Positions 11,178 through 23,577 of a DNA stretch of 64,000 nt are shown in pieces. This DNA comes from Phallusia mammillata (taxonomy: Eukaryota): the NCBI GenBank assembly GCA_965637545.1, contig OZ281497.1, positions 1,054,001 to 1,118,000 of the forward strand. The letters are read 5' to 3'. The translations under genes were made by a program, and so were the position numbers. Position 1 is the stretch's first letter. Each line of letters begins with the position of its first letter. Below the pieces are notes generated by a model. The model saw nothing but the letters and a program-made list of their open reading frames with translations, did not search any database and was not told where the DNA came from.

Positions 11178-14100
11178 TTATCGAGAGTTGGCCTTCGGAG
11201 GTCGTCCAGTCAGCTCTTTCTCAAGGTCAGTGTCCATCAACTGTATGTGTTGCTCGAATGTGCCCGTTTGCTGGCATTTGTCCAAACCTTGCTTGTGGAA
11301 TTTGGGGCAGAACTTTTCAAAGTTGGGTGAATTTTCATCACATGACGGATTCTCGAACAATAGCTTGCCAATTTCTAACAAACAAATGGCAGTTTTAGAT
11401 TTTTTAGTTGATTTTACTTGTAACATTACAAAATTTGGCAATCATAACCCGAGGAAATTTTTTAACTTTTTTTTAACAAAACAGAAATAAGTCGTCAAGC
11501 AAAAAAATGTCAGTTTAGAATTTCTATTCCATATATTTAAACTTTAAATCAGATTCTCCCAGCTCATTGCTTGGTAAATGAAGACTATAATGAACCTTAT
11601 CCTTATTGATTCAAATTTACTAAAACATTAAGTCAATCTTTCTTATGAATTCAACATACTTATATTTTGCCAATGTGCCATCTTATAGATATGTAGTTGA
11701 ATGTGACAATAAAAACTTGGCAGTCATAACCCAAGGAAATAACTTATTAGGCAGTCATAAGGGGTTATTAAACAGAAAAAAGTTGTAAAAGAACATTAAC
11801 AAATGAAACAGATTCATACCCCACTTAAAAATGTAAACAGACAAAGAATGCAGTGTATTAATTAATTAAGTTTGGTTTTCAAATTAGTTTTGCATGAACA
11901 GGCTTGTGCAAGCTGATCACAACAATGAAAATGTTTGACATATGTTTGCTTTTTTGTTTACAAATTTTTTTACACAAAGCCACATCAGCTGGTTTAGCTG
12001 GCAAATGTCGGGCCAGTACAAAGCAGCAAATAATTACAGAGCGGTGCAGTAACAACTGACCTAACACGCCGGTGTATACAGGAAATATTACCATAATAAA
12101 AACAAAGGATATGATGCATGATATTAAAAGCTACAGGCTTACTTGGAGGTATATGATGTAATAACTTAGTTGCAATGAATTATGTTTACAATAGAAAGCA
12201 ATAATGGTTATAGATTTAAATAATAATCAAACAAACAAACTGTTAACATACAATAATGCAAAAAGCAGCAAAAGTATTGGTTATTGAAAGCAACATGAGT
12301 ACTTAGGAAATTAGAAATTAATCTTAATTGCCAGCTAAACTAGCACAATTATTCTTAAAACAGCAATTCTTGAAACACAACCATTGCAACATGTGTGCGA
12401 ATTCAGATAGGATATTAAACATCCAAATTTGCAGGAACATGTGTACATTTTCGTTTGACAGAAGCAAAATTAATTCTGCAAACCTTTTTCAATTCCTTTC
12501 AGCTGACTTTCCACACTGTCACTGTACAAACTGGTGGACAGATGTTTGGTGGGTGACAAACTTGAAACAAAACTTGATGTGTAACTTCCAAAGCTTCCAT
12601 CTGAAACAATGCATGCAGTGTGTTATTACTTGGTCAGGTATCTTCCATTGTTATGGTATCATAATGATTATTTAAGTGGTTAACGCATGTTTTCTTACAT
12701 TACAATGCAACATAAAAACTGTGTGTTAGCATAAAAACAATGAATCATTATTTGTATTAAACAATAATATTAGTTAAATAATACTATAAGTTTCAAAACA
12801 TTGTAACAATGTATAACACAATTGAAACCCCTATGAAGGAATAATTTCTAAGCATGTGTTTGTTGGGATTTTAAGTTAGCATGTTAGCACAAAAATATAG
12901 TCATACACTTTTATCTATTTTTGTGCTTGTCATGAAATAAGTATAAACTCTGCCCTGTGAAAGTGCAAGTTTGAACATAATATAGTGTGCATGCATTTGC
13001 TTACCATTGTACAAGGATTTGTTGGTGTCAACAGGATTAGCCAGAGAGTTTTCACTTTCAAGTACTTCGTTATGGTGGATCGGTCTGCAAACAGATAATG
13101 TAGAAAGTTGAAAAATATGCCTTGCTCTACTTTGGTTTGAAAAACACCAGTATCAACCAAACTTATATCATATCTAATGTGAAACCTCATATCACATTCA
13201 CACTTTATTGTTTGTGTTAATCAACTTGTCAGATATTTTAAAACACCAAAAATAATTCAAAGCTTCTCTATAGAAAGTTTGGCAAAACATTCGATACAAA
13301 CTCTTAGTCGTGAATTAAAGTGTTTACATTCCTGTGCTTTATTGTAAGCTGTGATTTGTTAAAGTTAACACAGACAATAATTTGTAGTTACACAACCAGT
13401 TTCCAAAGCTGTTTTTGGCAACTAACACCTAAACACACAAAAATATTTTCATTTCATACCTGAAGTGTGTCATAGCAGATGGTTGTAGAATGCACGGATC
13501 GGACGGATTTTGCTTCTCGCTGTAAACAATGTCGACGGGACGGATTCCAGCAATCGCTTGCCACATGTTTCCAATTCGAAGTGAAGTCTTCCATGCTTCG
13601 TTCTCGGTCACACAGTCGGCCAAACCTTTGGAGTTCTCCTGAAAGTTGCGGGAGTCGTGAGGAAACGTAGAGGCTTGATCTTCTGGATGTGGAACAAGGA
13701 AGTCATCATCCTTGTCATGATCATCCGTTGCCATGTCAACTTGAAGCATGAGAGGGTTTTGTTCGTCTGTGTCTGTTACAAACTCGATGACACTCCGCAC
13801 CAGCCCAGCAACATAACACGCATCATCGTCCTCATCTTTAGAAGTGACGTCGCACGACGCTTGCAGCTGGAGAAGTTGTTTGATGTCTGGGATCGGGTCC
13901 AAGTTGCCGCATCCAAGCCACTGCAAGTCAGAGGCGAACAGAGTAGATGTGACATCAGTAAAGAAATCATCCATTAAGTATGATTTGTCACAGAAGTTGC
14001 CAAACATTCCCTTCTTTTCCTCCCCCCAGTCGGGCAATCCTGAATACACACGGTTCTGTTTCATGCCACAGAAAAATTTTGTCGGAGATCCGTAATCGAT

Positions 14101-17100
14101 GTCCTGAGAATTTCTCAGCCAGATGCGTTTCCGTGACAACTCATCATCAGCTTTTCTGCTCAAAAGGTTGAGATCCTCCGATATCAGGTCGATCTGCTTG
14201 TGAAGCAATGCAAGATTGTCGGAAATACTTGAATCAAGCAGACATAAATTGACTTCATCAGAGTCCCAGGAACGTTTGAAAGTGGAACAGTAGAGACATA
14301 GAGATGCTGTACATTCCTTATTGCCATGGTTACCATCCTTGTGAAGATAGTTTCCATTTTCATCAGCTGGTTCCTGGTTGTCACCGAATTCAAGCGGGAA
14401 GTAGTTTTCTTCCGCCCAAATCGAGTTTAAAATACTCTCGATCTGTTGGGGAAGATTTTCATACAGACCGTCCGACTCATCACTGTCATCTTGACACTTT
14501 TGAAGATCGTTTTCTACCTCGGTGAAAATAGCTTTGTAATCCTCCCACAACTGTCCAGCCTCGTCAGACGGACTTGCATCAAGGTCGGGTGGACGATACA
14601 TGGTTTCAAGCCGACTCACTGCTACACTGGGAGAAGATGCTTGGTTGTCGTCCCACAGAGAAGGGGAAGGACACCACAGCCAACTCTCGGACGCTGATTC
14701 ACGATCCTCGTCACTAACTGCCTCATCAGATGACCCACCAGCATGTGGAGATTTATTCTGTGGAGATTTCTTTCCCGGCTCAAACTCAAGGAATCCTGAC
14801 TGTGGGTCCCGAAACCACTTGCTTTGTAATTTAGGCTGCTCACATTCTTCAGGTGATGGGATATCTTGTTCTAGTGGAAGTTGCCAGCATTCGGTTGCCC
14901 CAAATCCATATCCACCATGAAAGAGATTTTCCGTGAAGGCAGAAGCCGCTGGTGCAGAATCATGCCAATGATGTTGCTGCTTTGCTCCAGGATTCCAAAG
15001 CCCTGCTGTATTACGCATAACATCCACTGGTTTAGATGCTTGCTGTGTTGACTTCTGGGTTTTCGATGATGATTTTCTGCCTGTTGTTTTATTTCTTCTG
15101 TCAAACTTATGTTGGTGTTTCCATGTGTGATTGTGTGAAGATTTGTAATCCGATGAATTGATATTTTGCTGTCTGTGGTGGCAGGCTGGTTTCTGCAGGA
15201 ACTTGTTGGTTTGTGATTTGTTTCCTTGTGTGCGTTTTGCCGAAGTGCAACTATCCTCAGACACAACAGCTGGCTTGTTACGACGCCGTTGTCTCGACAT
15301 TCGCATACGACTGTTGCTGGCTTGTGGTTGAGGAATTGTTGCAGGGTTGCGACCAGTTTTCTGTTCAGTGTCATCTTTTTTAGTGTTTTGTATTTTTCCT
15401 GTAAACCTGCAAACACAGTAAAAAGTAAATACGCTGCTCTATTACATAATCTAAAGCTGGCTTTGTTTTTGACACTCAGCAAATTTAGTGCTGATAGTTT
15501 TAAAGCCCATAATTTTTAAAGCCCACACATTCCTCCAAACTACAGGTTTTAAATGGAGGGGGTACGAAATAGACCTGGCATAATGTGAGGGTTACGAAAT
15601 AGGGTGCCAAATAATGTAGTTTCATTTTATCTGTGACAAAGTTTCAGTATGGTTGAGAACATTTATCTAATTACACAAATAAAACAGCAATCATTATAAA
15701 ATACAATTCAATTGACCGTTGTCAAATCTTGTTGACAAGGTGTATTAAGAAATGTTACAAAGTTAGCTTAAGTGGCATAAAAGCAACAAAGGTTTAGAAC
15801 CACTGCTGAATATAATGTTTTTGACTTAAAGTCGGCTTACAGTGTTTTTGCAGTTCCTCCCCAAACAGTTTTGGCAACTCCGCTAACACTTGTAGTTGCT
15901 CCACCAGAGGCGGCAAAGAGTGAAGGGAATGCGTCCTGATATTTTTCACGTTGTGTGTTGGGCAACGACGTAGATCGCTGCTTCTTGTTGGCGTGTTCCT
16001 CATCTGAACTTGAACCTCCTTTATTTTCTGCAAAAAAGTAAAAGCATGAAAAAAATCTGCTTATATTGTTTCACCTCATATTTTACTACGCGAGGAAAGT
16101 TTCCAGATGTTTTGGTTCAAATCATCAGGAAAAAACTAATGCTTAAATATCTTCTATATATTTTTTTTTGGTAAAATTGAAACTTCATGTTAAACTAAAG
16201 GAATATGTTCATTTACCATTTTAAAACCTGTAAGTTTATAAAATGTGAGGACAAAAGTTCAATAGTCTGAAGTATTTAAAAACTGCAATCATAAAAACAT
16301 GGTGGATTTGAAAAAGCCCATGATAAGATGACAAGGAAGTATTGAAATGCTCTACAACCATGCTGTATAAACTGTCCAGTGTATGTTCTTATACAATACA
16401 AACCATACAGCAATACAAATGAGTAAATTTATTTGTTTGAGTTAGGTGTGAGAGGTATTATTATTTTTATGGGATTATTAAATCTGGCTTGTCACAGCTT
16501 GATACAATGCCATATTCAGGTACTTAATATCATGTCACAGCACAGGTATAAACACCAATAGGCATATTTGCTAATGACAGATTATCTTAATACCGTGCGT
16601 AGTTCTTTAAAGATTATCCAATCATGCCAAGATATACACATGTAATGACAGCAATGACAATAAATGGATTACAGAAGTATGACCACAAGAGCATGTCTAA
16701 TAATAGTTGTGCAGCATGTGTAATGCTGAGCAAGACGTTTGTCATGTTATGGACTTTGGCACTGTATGACATACAAGTGCAAATATGTGTAGAGTGTAGG
16801 GTATGATGTATATGGGTGACGGCATGTCACAGTGCTTCACACCTACAGACGTTATACCACCACTGCAATACACAACAATAGAAGCAAACATTTATAAGCT
16901 ATTTTGATGTATTGTTTTAAAATACAAGCCAATACAACTGAAACACTAAGTTGTTATGTTGGACAAGGAGTATATTCACTTATTAATACAAATCAACTGT
17001 GACAAAAGAACACGGAAAATCTGTCAAAACAGCTATATATATTTTTAGATTGAAAATATTATTTAGAGGAATCTGTCACTATTTAGGGGTTGTGCTCAGG

Positions 17101-18353
17101 ACAGATACTGTAGACAATAGACATGCACACAATCCAGGCACAAGTGGTAAATAATCCACTGAAGAGAGATTGTGTGCTAATCCACCTTCTGTGGGGCATC
17201 TATGTTGTCTGTTGCGCAAAAGGAAGTACCGGCTTACAAAGGAAACAATTGAGGAGAATTTGTAAACAAGGAAAATAGCGCCTTAACACAACTTCCTTCT
17301 ACATCCGATGTATAGTAAGGGGAAATGGCTGACAAGTTGCATGTCAAACTATCTGGGCCAACTTAAATGTTGGTACATTTACACATCAGTCGATAAACTA
17401 CCGTAAGAAGCTAAGGCACAAATAGAAATCAATTTCAAATCAAATTTCCTGAAGTGTTTTTTAACTTTATCCAGCAAAAATCACCAGGACAGCCAATCTA
17501 CATAAACATGTGTGGCTGTTTCACTTCATAAATGCACACATGTATATTTCTACAGAACAGTTTCAGTTAAATGTACTATATATGTAATATATATCACTAC
17601 CTGATAAAATGTTTAGTTTATTCATTCTGGAGCAAAGGTTTTCAATGAGTTTTTTAATCGCCTCATCATTGAGTACATCATCGTTATTCTTATCCACAGC
17701 TGAGAGAAGACATTCAATGGCCATTTCCTTTTTCAGTGACAACTCGTCACCAGCCGTAAAGGAGTTGGTGCGTTTGTTGTATTTGTGTTTGGGTTTTCTG
17801 AAAAAATTACGTATAAGAAACTATTTAATAAAGCAAAATTTCATTCTTTCCAAAACATGAATACAAGTACAAACAAAACTTGATTTTTAAAAACTGTGCC
17901 TATACAGATATCTTATAAACCAATGCTCACACATTACACACAATTCTCATGGCAGATAATATGGATTAAACTGAAACTTTTAGTATTATATCGTTTATCG
18001 ATAAACACAGAATAATTTAAGTACACTGAAAGCATCAGTTTAGCATATCAATTTTTTAAAGAGAATGTTTATTATTATGATAAAACTGCAAAACATGCAT
18101 GTCAGATTTTTGTGGGCATAAACCTTACTGAAAATTCACTGAGAAAACTATGATCATGTACGTACCGATTTTTAGCGCCTGGCAATTTGGCAAATATGCT
18201 TTCCTCTTTTTCAGCGAGATGAAGGTCGTCAGTGTGACGGGAGTTTAAGAAAATGTCGAGAACATGATGAGTAAAAATGACAGCATCAATTTTGTGGAGT
18301 TCAAGTTCAGAAGCAAGCCACGTTTGAAGAGAAGCAATGTTGGCTTGAGACAT
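11178..18353 (-). CDS. KIAA0232: KIAA0232-like uncharacterised protein
   Basis: N-terminal QTWLASELELHKIDAVIFTHHVLDIFL and KKEMAIECLLSA..IENLCSR resemble the conserved KIAA0232 N-terminus (recalled, not searched). Exons 18353-18166, 17797-17601, ~16022-15840, 15406-13460 (large exon), ~13081-13004, ~12600-12484, last exon ending in TAA 11178-11180; the small 3' junctions are less certain. Confidence 0.8.
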
Positions 18354-19209
18354 TGTTTCTAAGATAAAATATCGAGGTTACTTAACCAAATATCCAAAAC
18401 ATTTAGTGCCATATAATAATTTGAATCATACCTTTAAAATCCATTTTAACACATCAGTTGAGCAGTAACAGAAATCGGGTAGTAGGGAAGATCGGTATTA
18501 ATATCCAGTGGTCTGTTTGTGCACCACCAATACTTGTAGTTACGTAATAGCATGGTGATGCAAACAATTACAAGTAACAGTAAACTGGTGAAGACCTGTT
18601 AGGTCATAATTCTAGGCTTGATAAGCACACAGGGCACAAACCTAAACAAAAAAAAAGTTTGGTTATTGGTACTAACCAATATGAACACACTTATGTGTGG
18701 AGTTATTACATAGTACACTACGTTGCAACATAAATGATGAACACATGTTTATCAAATGCACTGATTATAATTTATATTTTTGTATTTCAGTTTCTGTTAA
18801 TTCTCCAAGAAATAATATCTGCTCTTAGATTTAGTAAACATTTTCTCAGAATGAGCTGGGTTTGATTTTCTGTAGTATTTAAAAAAAAACTTTTCTAAAA
18901 TAGGTCTGTTTCATAGAGGATTTAAAAAATATACAAAAATCTGAACGCAAATGGTTGAATACATCTGGCAACTACGGAATGTAACACCTTTTGTTCATAC
19001 ACATGCTTAACGCTATCAGCCTATCTAAATAACAATGGCTGATCAGCTGATAACTCAGCAGCAGATAAAAAGATAAATCATTAGAAAGATTGCGAACTTA
19101 AATTAACCGAAGTCTATTATAAAACGACGCTAACACACTAAACGTCTAAACTCGTAAAGCTGTGAATCTCGCACATATTTTCGATATCGCCGTCGCGACG
19201 TAAACAAAG

Positions 19210-20112
19210 GGGTAACACTAAAAGAAGAAAAACGGAAAAGCGGGAAAAGCAGGAAATCAACACTAAAAGCAGAAAAGAAAGGAAAAGCAGAAAAAAGGGA
19301 AATTTGTGTTTTCTAAAACAGGGAAAAAATAATTCCAGAAAAACAGGAAATGAGTAAAATTTCTTGTTTCATTACGAAAAGCAGAAAAACGGGAAATGTT
19401 TCTTTATTTGTTTTTTATACCTTTCTAATGGGCTACTCTAAAATACGCAATCTACGGCTATAAGGGTCAAGGTGAGGGATTGTAATACAAATAACTTTAT
19501 AATTTAATTTAGATACCTTTTGGACCTAATTTTCTTAGTGTTAACATGTGGCACCATACAGTGCTTAGTACACTTTCAACACATATGAGAATATTAAGTC
19601 CAAACTGGGAATCTAAAACTAAATTATAGTGTTATTTTTATTATAAACCTTTACCCAGACCCTAAAAGCCCTAACCATCAACATTTTGTAGATTGCGTAT
19701 TTTGGAGGAGCCCCTTTCTAACTCGTAAAAATCATTTGAATGTGATCTATTAGTGTTCTACATCGATTGTGTGTTGTGTCCAATACTAAAAAACAAGAAA
19801 TGTTTTTTATTTGTTTATTTCCCGTCTTTTCTGTATTTTGACACAATCAATGTAGAACGCTATTAGAACACTTTCGAATGGTTTTTAAGAGCTAGAACGG
19901 CAAAAAAACAAATAAAGAAACATTTCCTGTTTTTCTGCTTTTCGTATTTTAAAATCTTATGAAACAAGAAATTTTACTCTTTTTCTGTTTTTCTGGAATT
20001 ATTTTTTCCCTCTTTTAGAAAACACAAATTTCCCTTGTTTCTGCTTTTCCTTTCTTTTCTGCTTTTAGTGTTGATTTCCTGCTTTTCTGTTTTTCTGCTT
20101 TTAGTGTTACCC
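19210..20112. mobile_element. Non-autonomous foldback / Mutator-like element with ~270-bp inverted arms
   Basis: Ends gggtaacacta / tagtgttaccc; perfect 9-bp TSD taaacaaag (19201-19209, 20113-20121); the arms mirror each other almost to the centre. Confidence 0.9.
19430..19713. mobile_element. MITE nested in the left arm of the foldback element
   Basis: TIRs gggctactctaaaatacgcaatctac / gtagattgcgtattttggaggagccc; TSD ctttctaat / ctttctaac (8 of 9 match); absent from the mirror arm. Confidence 0.85.
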
Positions 20113-21118
20113 TAAACAAAGTCATAAAACATAAAAACACAAAAGACAGCGAAGTTGAACCGTTGTTCTCAGTAGTAACCAAAGGTCATGCCAAAAACCT
20201 CGCTACAGCGACTTCGCATCGAGTCATGACGCATTCCCCGCCTACAAATATGACGCAATCTCGTGACTGGTGTTTCGCAATCGTGTCTTCATCATTGTGA
20301 TGCTACAAAACGTGTTTATTCTACTTTCGATATATATTTAAGTCCATAAATTGAATTTTGGTATTTTTCAGCGTTTCCTAATCGTAATTCCATAAACGCA
20401 CTGAGCGACAACGTATCTGTTTTTAAACTTTTGCCTTCGACTACGATTGGCTGGCCTGCTTTCATAGCTCCCCTGTCATGCGCACAACCTAGCAATTATA
20501 ATTTATACTTAACGTAGTCCCTTCGTTCTATGGGTAAGCCATATTCCAGAAGTGGCCAGGAAAATATATCAGCTTCCCAATTTTGATTTTTTCGCTTTGT
20601 TTCCAACACAACTTCCTGAACACCAAGCGACAGACAAACAGGAACTATTCTACAATTAAGCCGCTCGACAGACACTGTGTAACCAGCTTGTTTGTCCACA
20701 AAACAAATGACGAAACTTGCATCATTTACATACTCCATGAAAATTCGACGTCAATACTCCAAGACGTATTGTCTGGCTCTTGACAAGATTTGTCCTAAAT
20801 GACCTCACTAAAATGACGTTTTTGCATGTTTTTACACAGTGACTAAATTCACACAATACACACGTCAAAAGACTGGTTACCATCCATTCAAAAATGTCAC
20901 AAACATTAAAATAAAATAAAAGTTTTGACAAAGATTTTTTTGCAGACTGAAAATCCCATTGGACACTAAAACATTTTTTCTGTTCATATTGTTAAAACAT
21001 AGTCAAAATATTGCATGATAAAAGAGTTTGTTAACAGTAAGAAAAAGGTTGAATAAATATGATGTGTTTTAAACAAAAAAAAATGATCCAGTACAGAATT
21101 TGTTCCATAAAATCATGA

Positions 21119-22853
21119 TCATTTTGGTTGTTGAGTGTTTTGAACAAACTGAACATTGTAAGAACCAGTTTCTGCGTTTTGTTGCATCTGAAAGTTATTC
21201 GTTGACAAACCGAAAGGTTTTAAAACCATGTTTCCCAACTCCTTCAGTTTTCCTGAAACACAAATTTGATCAGTGATTATTTTGAAAACAAACAAACACC
21301 CAAAGAAATGTTTTCTCTTATATTTTAAATGTGTCTGGACACACATGAAAGCTCCCTGAGTCCACTATGGACCACTACGAGCATAAGATACACATATTGT
21401 AGCCACTGGCCACACACAAGTTTAAGGTCAAGCAAAACTGCTTCTTTACAGATTTGTTTTTTTAATCATTTAACATACCCATCATTTCTTCTTTCATTTT
21501 TTCATTTCTCTCATTAATCTGCTGGGGTAATCTCTTTAAAAAGATATAGTAAGTATTATGTTTCAATTAACTCAAATTTCACAAAAAATTCAAGATATCT
21601 TAGCACAACCATTCACAGAAAATATTGCTTTTTAAAAAAACATTTACACTTAGTCATGTTAATTTCAGTGCTTCTTCAATTATCTCATTTAACCAACATT
21701 TAACATAACAATTCTTTAGGTAAGTAGAACTTTTTAATTACTTTTCTTAACATACCATGCATGCCTCTCTGGCTTGCTGTACAGATGGATCAATTTCTAT
21801 CACCGCTTTATAGTCCCCTAAAGCTTCATCAAGTTTTTCAGTGTCTTCATATAATTGTGCTCGCCGCAATAAGACTCTTACATATTTCGGGTTGAGCTCA
21901 ATGGCTACATAAAAAAGAACATAAACAAAGGCATGTAAAGACTTCGTTGTCCGACTAAACATCATCATTTAGACATACCTTCTGAGCAATCTTTAATCGC
22001 TTCTTTATTTTTATCCTGTAAAAAAACCTGCTTTAACATTTTTTTTTACATTACGTTACACAGTTTATGCAGAAAGTCTAGTACTTGAGAATTAGCAATA
22101 CTACACTTACCATATTCTTGTAACATGCAGCTCTATTGGAAAACAAAACCGACCGTTCAATTTTAAAACATTTTGGACATCTCTGGAGACCTCTAGTGTA
22201 CAAATCATGTGCTTCTGTGTATTCTGAGCAAAAACATAAAATGACAAGTGTTGTGAAATTTATGCTAACCAATAACTTATGCATACTCTGTTGTTTAAAT
22301 TGTTCATTGCCATCCTTTTTGAATTCCAGAGATTCCTTTTTCAGGTCCTAAAACGCACAAAGATGACCACAAGTTTGACTATAATCCTAACTGTGTGACT
22401 TAAGTGTGAACTTGCACCCCTGAGTGAATGCTTGTTTAGACTCATTTTAAGCTGAGCTCATATTTCAAAAGTTACATATTATTTACGTTGCATACACTTT
22501 GGATTACAACTAGAATGTTCTATTAATAAAGCATTCAACTGCTTCTATCCTCAATAACATACCTCTTTTTCCTCTTCGGTCAAACCCTCTTCAAATTCCT
22601 CATCCAAACAAGTTTTTTCAATTGCCTCCGTCATTTCCTCAACTTCAGGATCAGCATTTTTTGCTTCATCATTTACCCCGGAAGTCTCTGTGTTTTTCTG
22701 TTCGATGTCATTTACAGGTATTTCTGTTGCAAGATTTGGATCTGCAGTAGTTTTTTCCGCATTGTCTGCGAGCTTATTGTCTTTCTTGTTTTGTTGAAAA
22801 TTGTTTGTTTCACATTCAAAAAATTCTTCATCACTGCCACATTTTTCTTCCAT
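21119..22853 (-). CDS. TTC1: Tetratricopeptide repeat protein 1
   Basis: Acidic N-terminus, TPRs (YTRGLQRCP..SVLFSNRAAC; AIELNPKYVRVLLRRAQLYE..DEALGDYK) and the characteristic C-terminus GKLKELGNMVLKPFGLSTNNFQMQQN..GSYNVQF; six GT-AG exons in frame. Confidence 0.95.
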
Positions 22854-23577
22854 TTCAATTTACTTGTCCGATACTTTTATATTTAATTTTCATTTACAAT
22901 CAATCAAAAGATTTTATTCCTGTAAATTTGTCATAGAATTTTGATCAATACCATGTTACTGTTGTAGAACCAGTGAAAAACAAGTGTATTTTGCTGATAA
23001 GAATGTTAAACCTTAGTAAGGCTTATACAAGAAAGAATGGCTGACAAACCATTAAGTAATACCAAATATTTATATTAACCTAACCAGCAGTAGCTAACAA
23101 TAAATTACAAACGTAAAATTGAAACGCAAAACAACATATTTTCATTAAAACATCTAGGCACAACTTATTTCTTGAAATACAAGGTTAAAGGTCAAATCGG
23201 TTGTAAACAAAGATCGCTCGAATTTTTCCTTTTTCTTTTTTTCTTCACACGTGCTTTCACGTTTCAGCGAACATAGTATTTGTATGTAAGATACGACGTA
23301 TTTTTGTGTAGCCTTTTAAAACAAATTATCATACAACTGCGTTTGTCAACAACTGTAATTTGCAATTTTTTTCCTTTTTTGTCATGTAGGATGTTACTCG
23401 CAACTTAACGAAATCAGAACAGTTGTTATATTGTTTTCTTATGCAACATGTTGAAATATAGAAAAAAAAAACGTTTTTTCTGACAATGCTGTGTGGTTTT
23501 TGTATTTCATTTCATGTTTATTAATGTGTACATTATTTAAAAATTTTTAAAGCTGCCAATTAGACAATGTAGACAAA
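22854..23577. promoter_or_regulatory. Shared head-to-head promoter region of TTC1 and INTS14
   Basis: Divergent ATGs ~725 bp apart; local CpG enrichment, CACGTG at ~23247 and GTAAACAA at ~23203; splice-acceptor-like sites upstream of both ATGs. Confidence 0.6.

Noticed and set aside
12104-12112. ATATCCTTT on the minus strand (U12 AT-AC donor consensus) inside KIAA0232
   Set aside because: No matching TCCTTAAC branch site and AC acceptor found downstream, and no convincing exon upstream.
13479-15519. Many short + strand and alternate-frame ORFs over KIAA0232 (likewise over PPP4R3 and KDM3)
   Set aside because: Antisense or frame shadows of real GC-richer coding exons, with no independent motifs.
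16099-16128. CTGATGA...GAAAC on the minus strand (hammerhead-like)
   Set aside because: The intervening sequence cannot form stem II, and there is no stem I or NUH context.
20496-20738. 80-aa coding-looking ORF between TTC1 and the KIAA0232 promoter
   Set aside because: No recognisable domain, in-frame stop just upstream, no splice context; possibly a decayed transposon fragment. A tblastn search would settle it.
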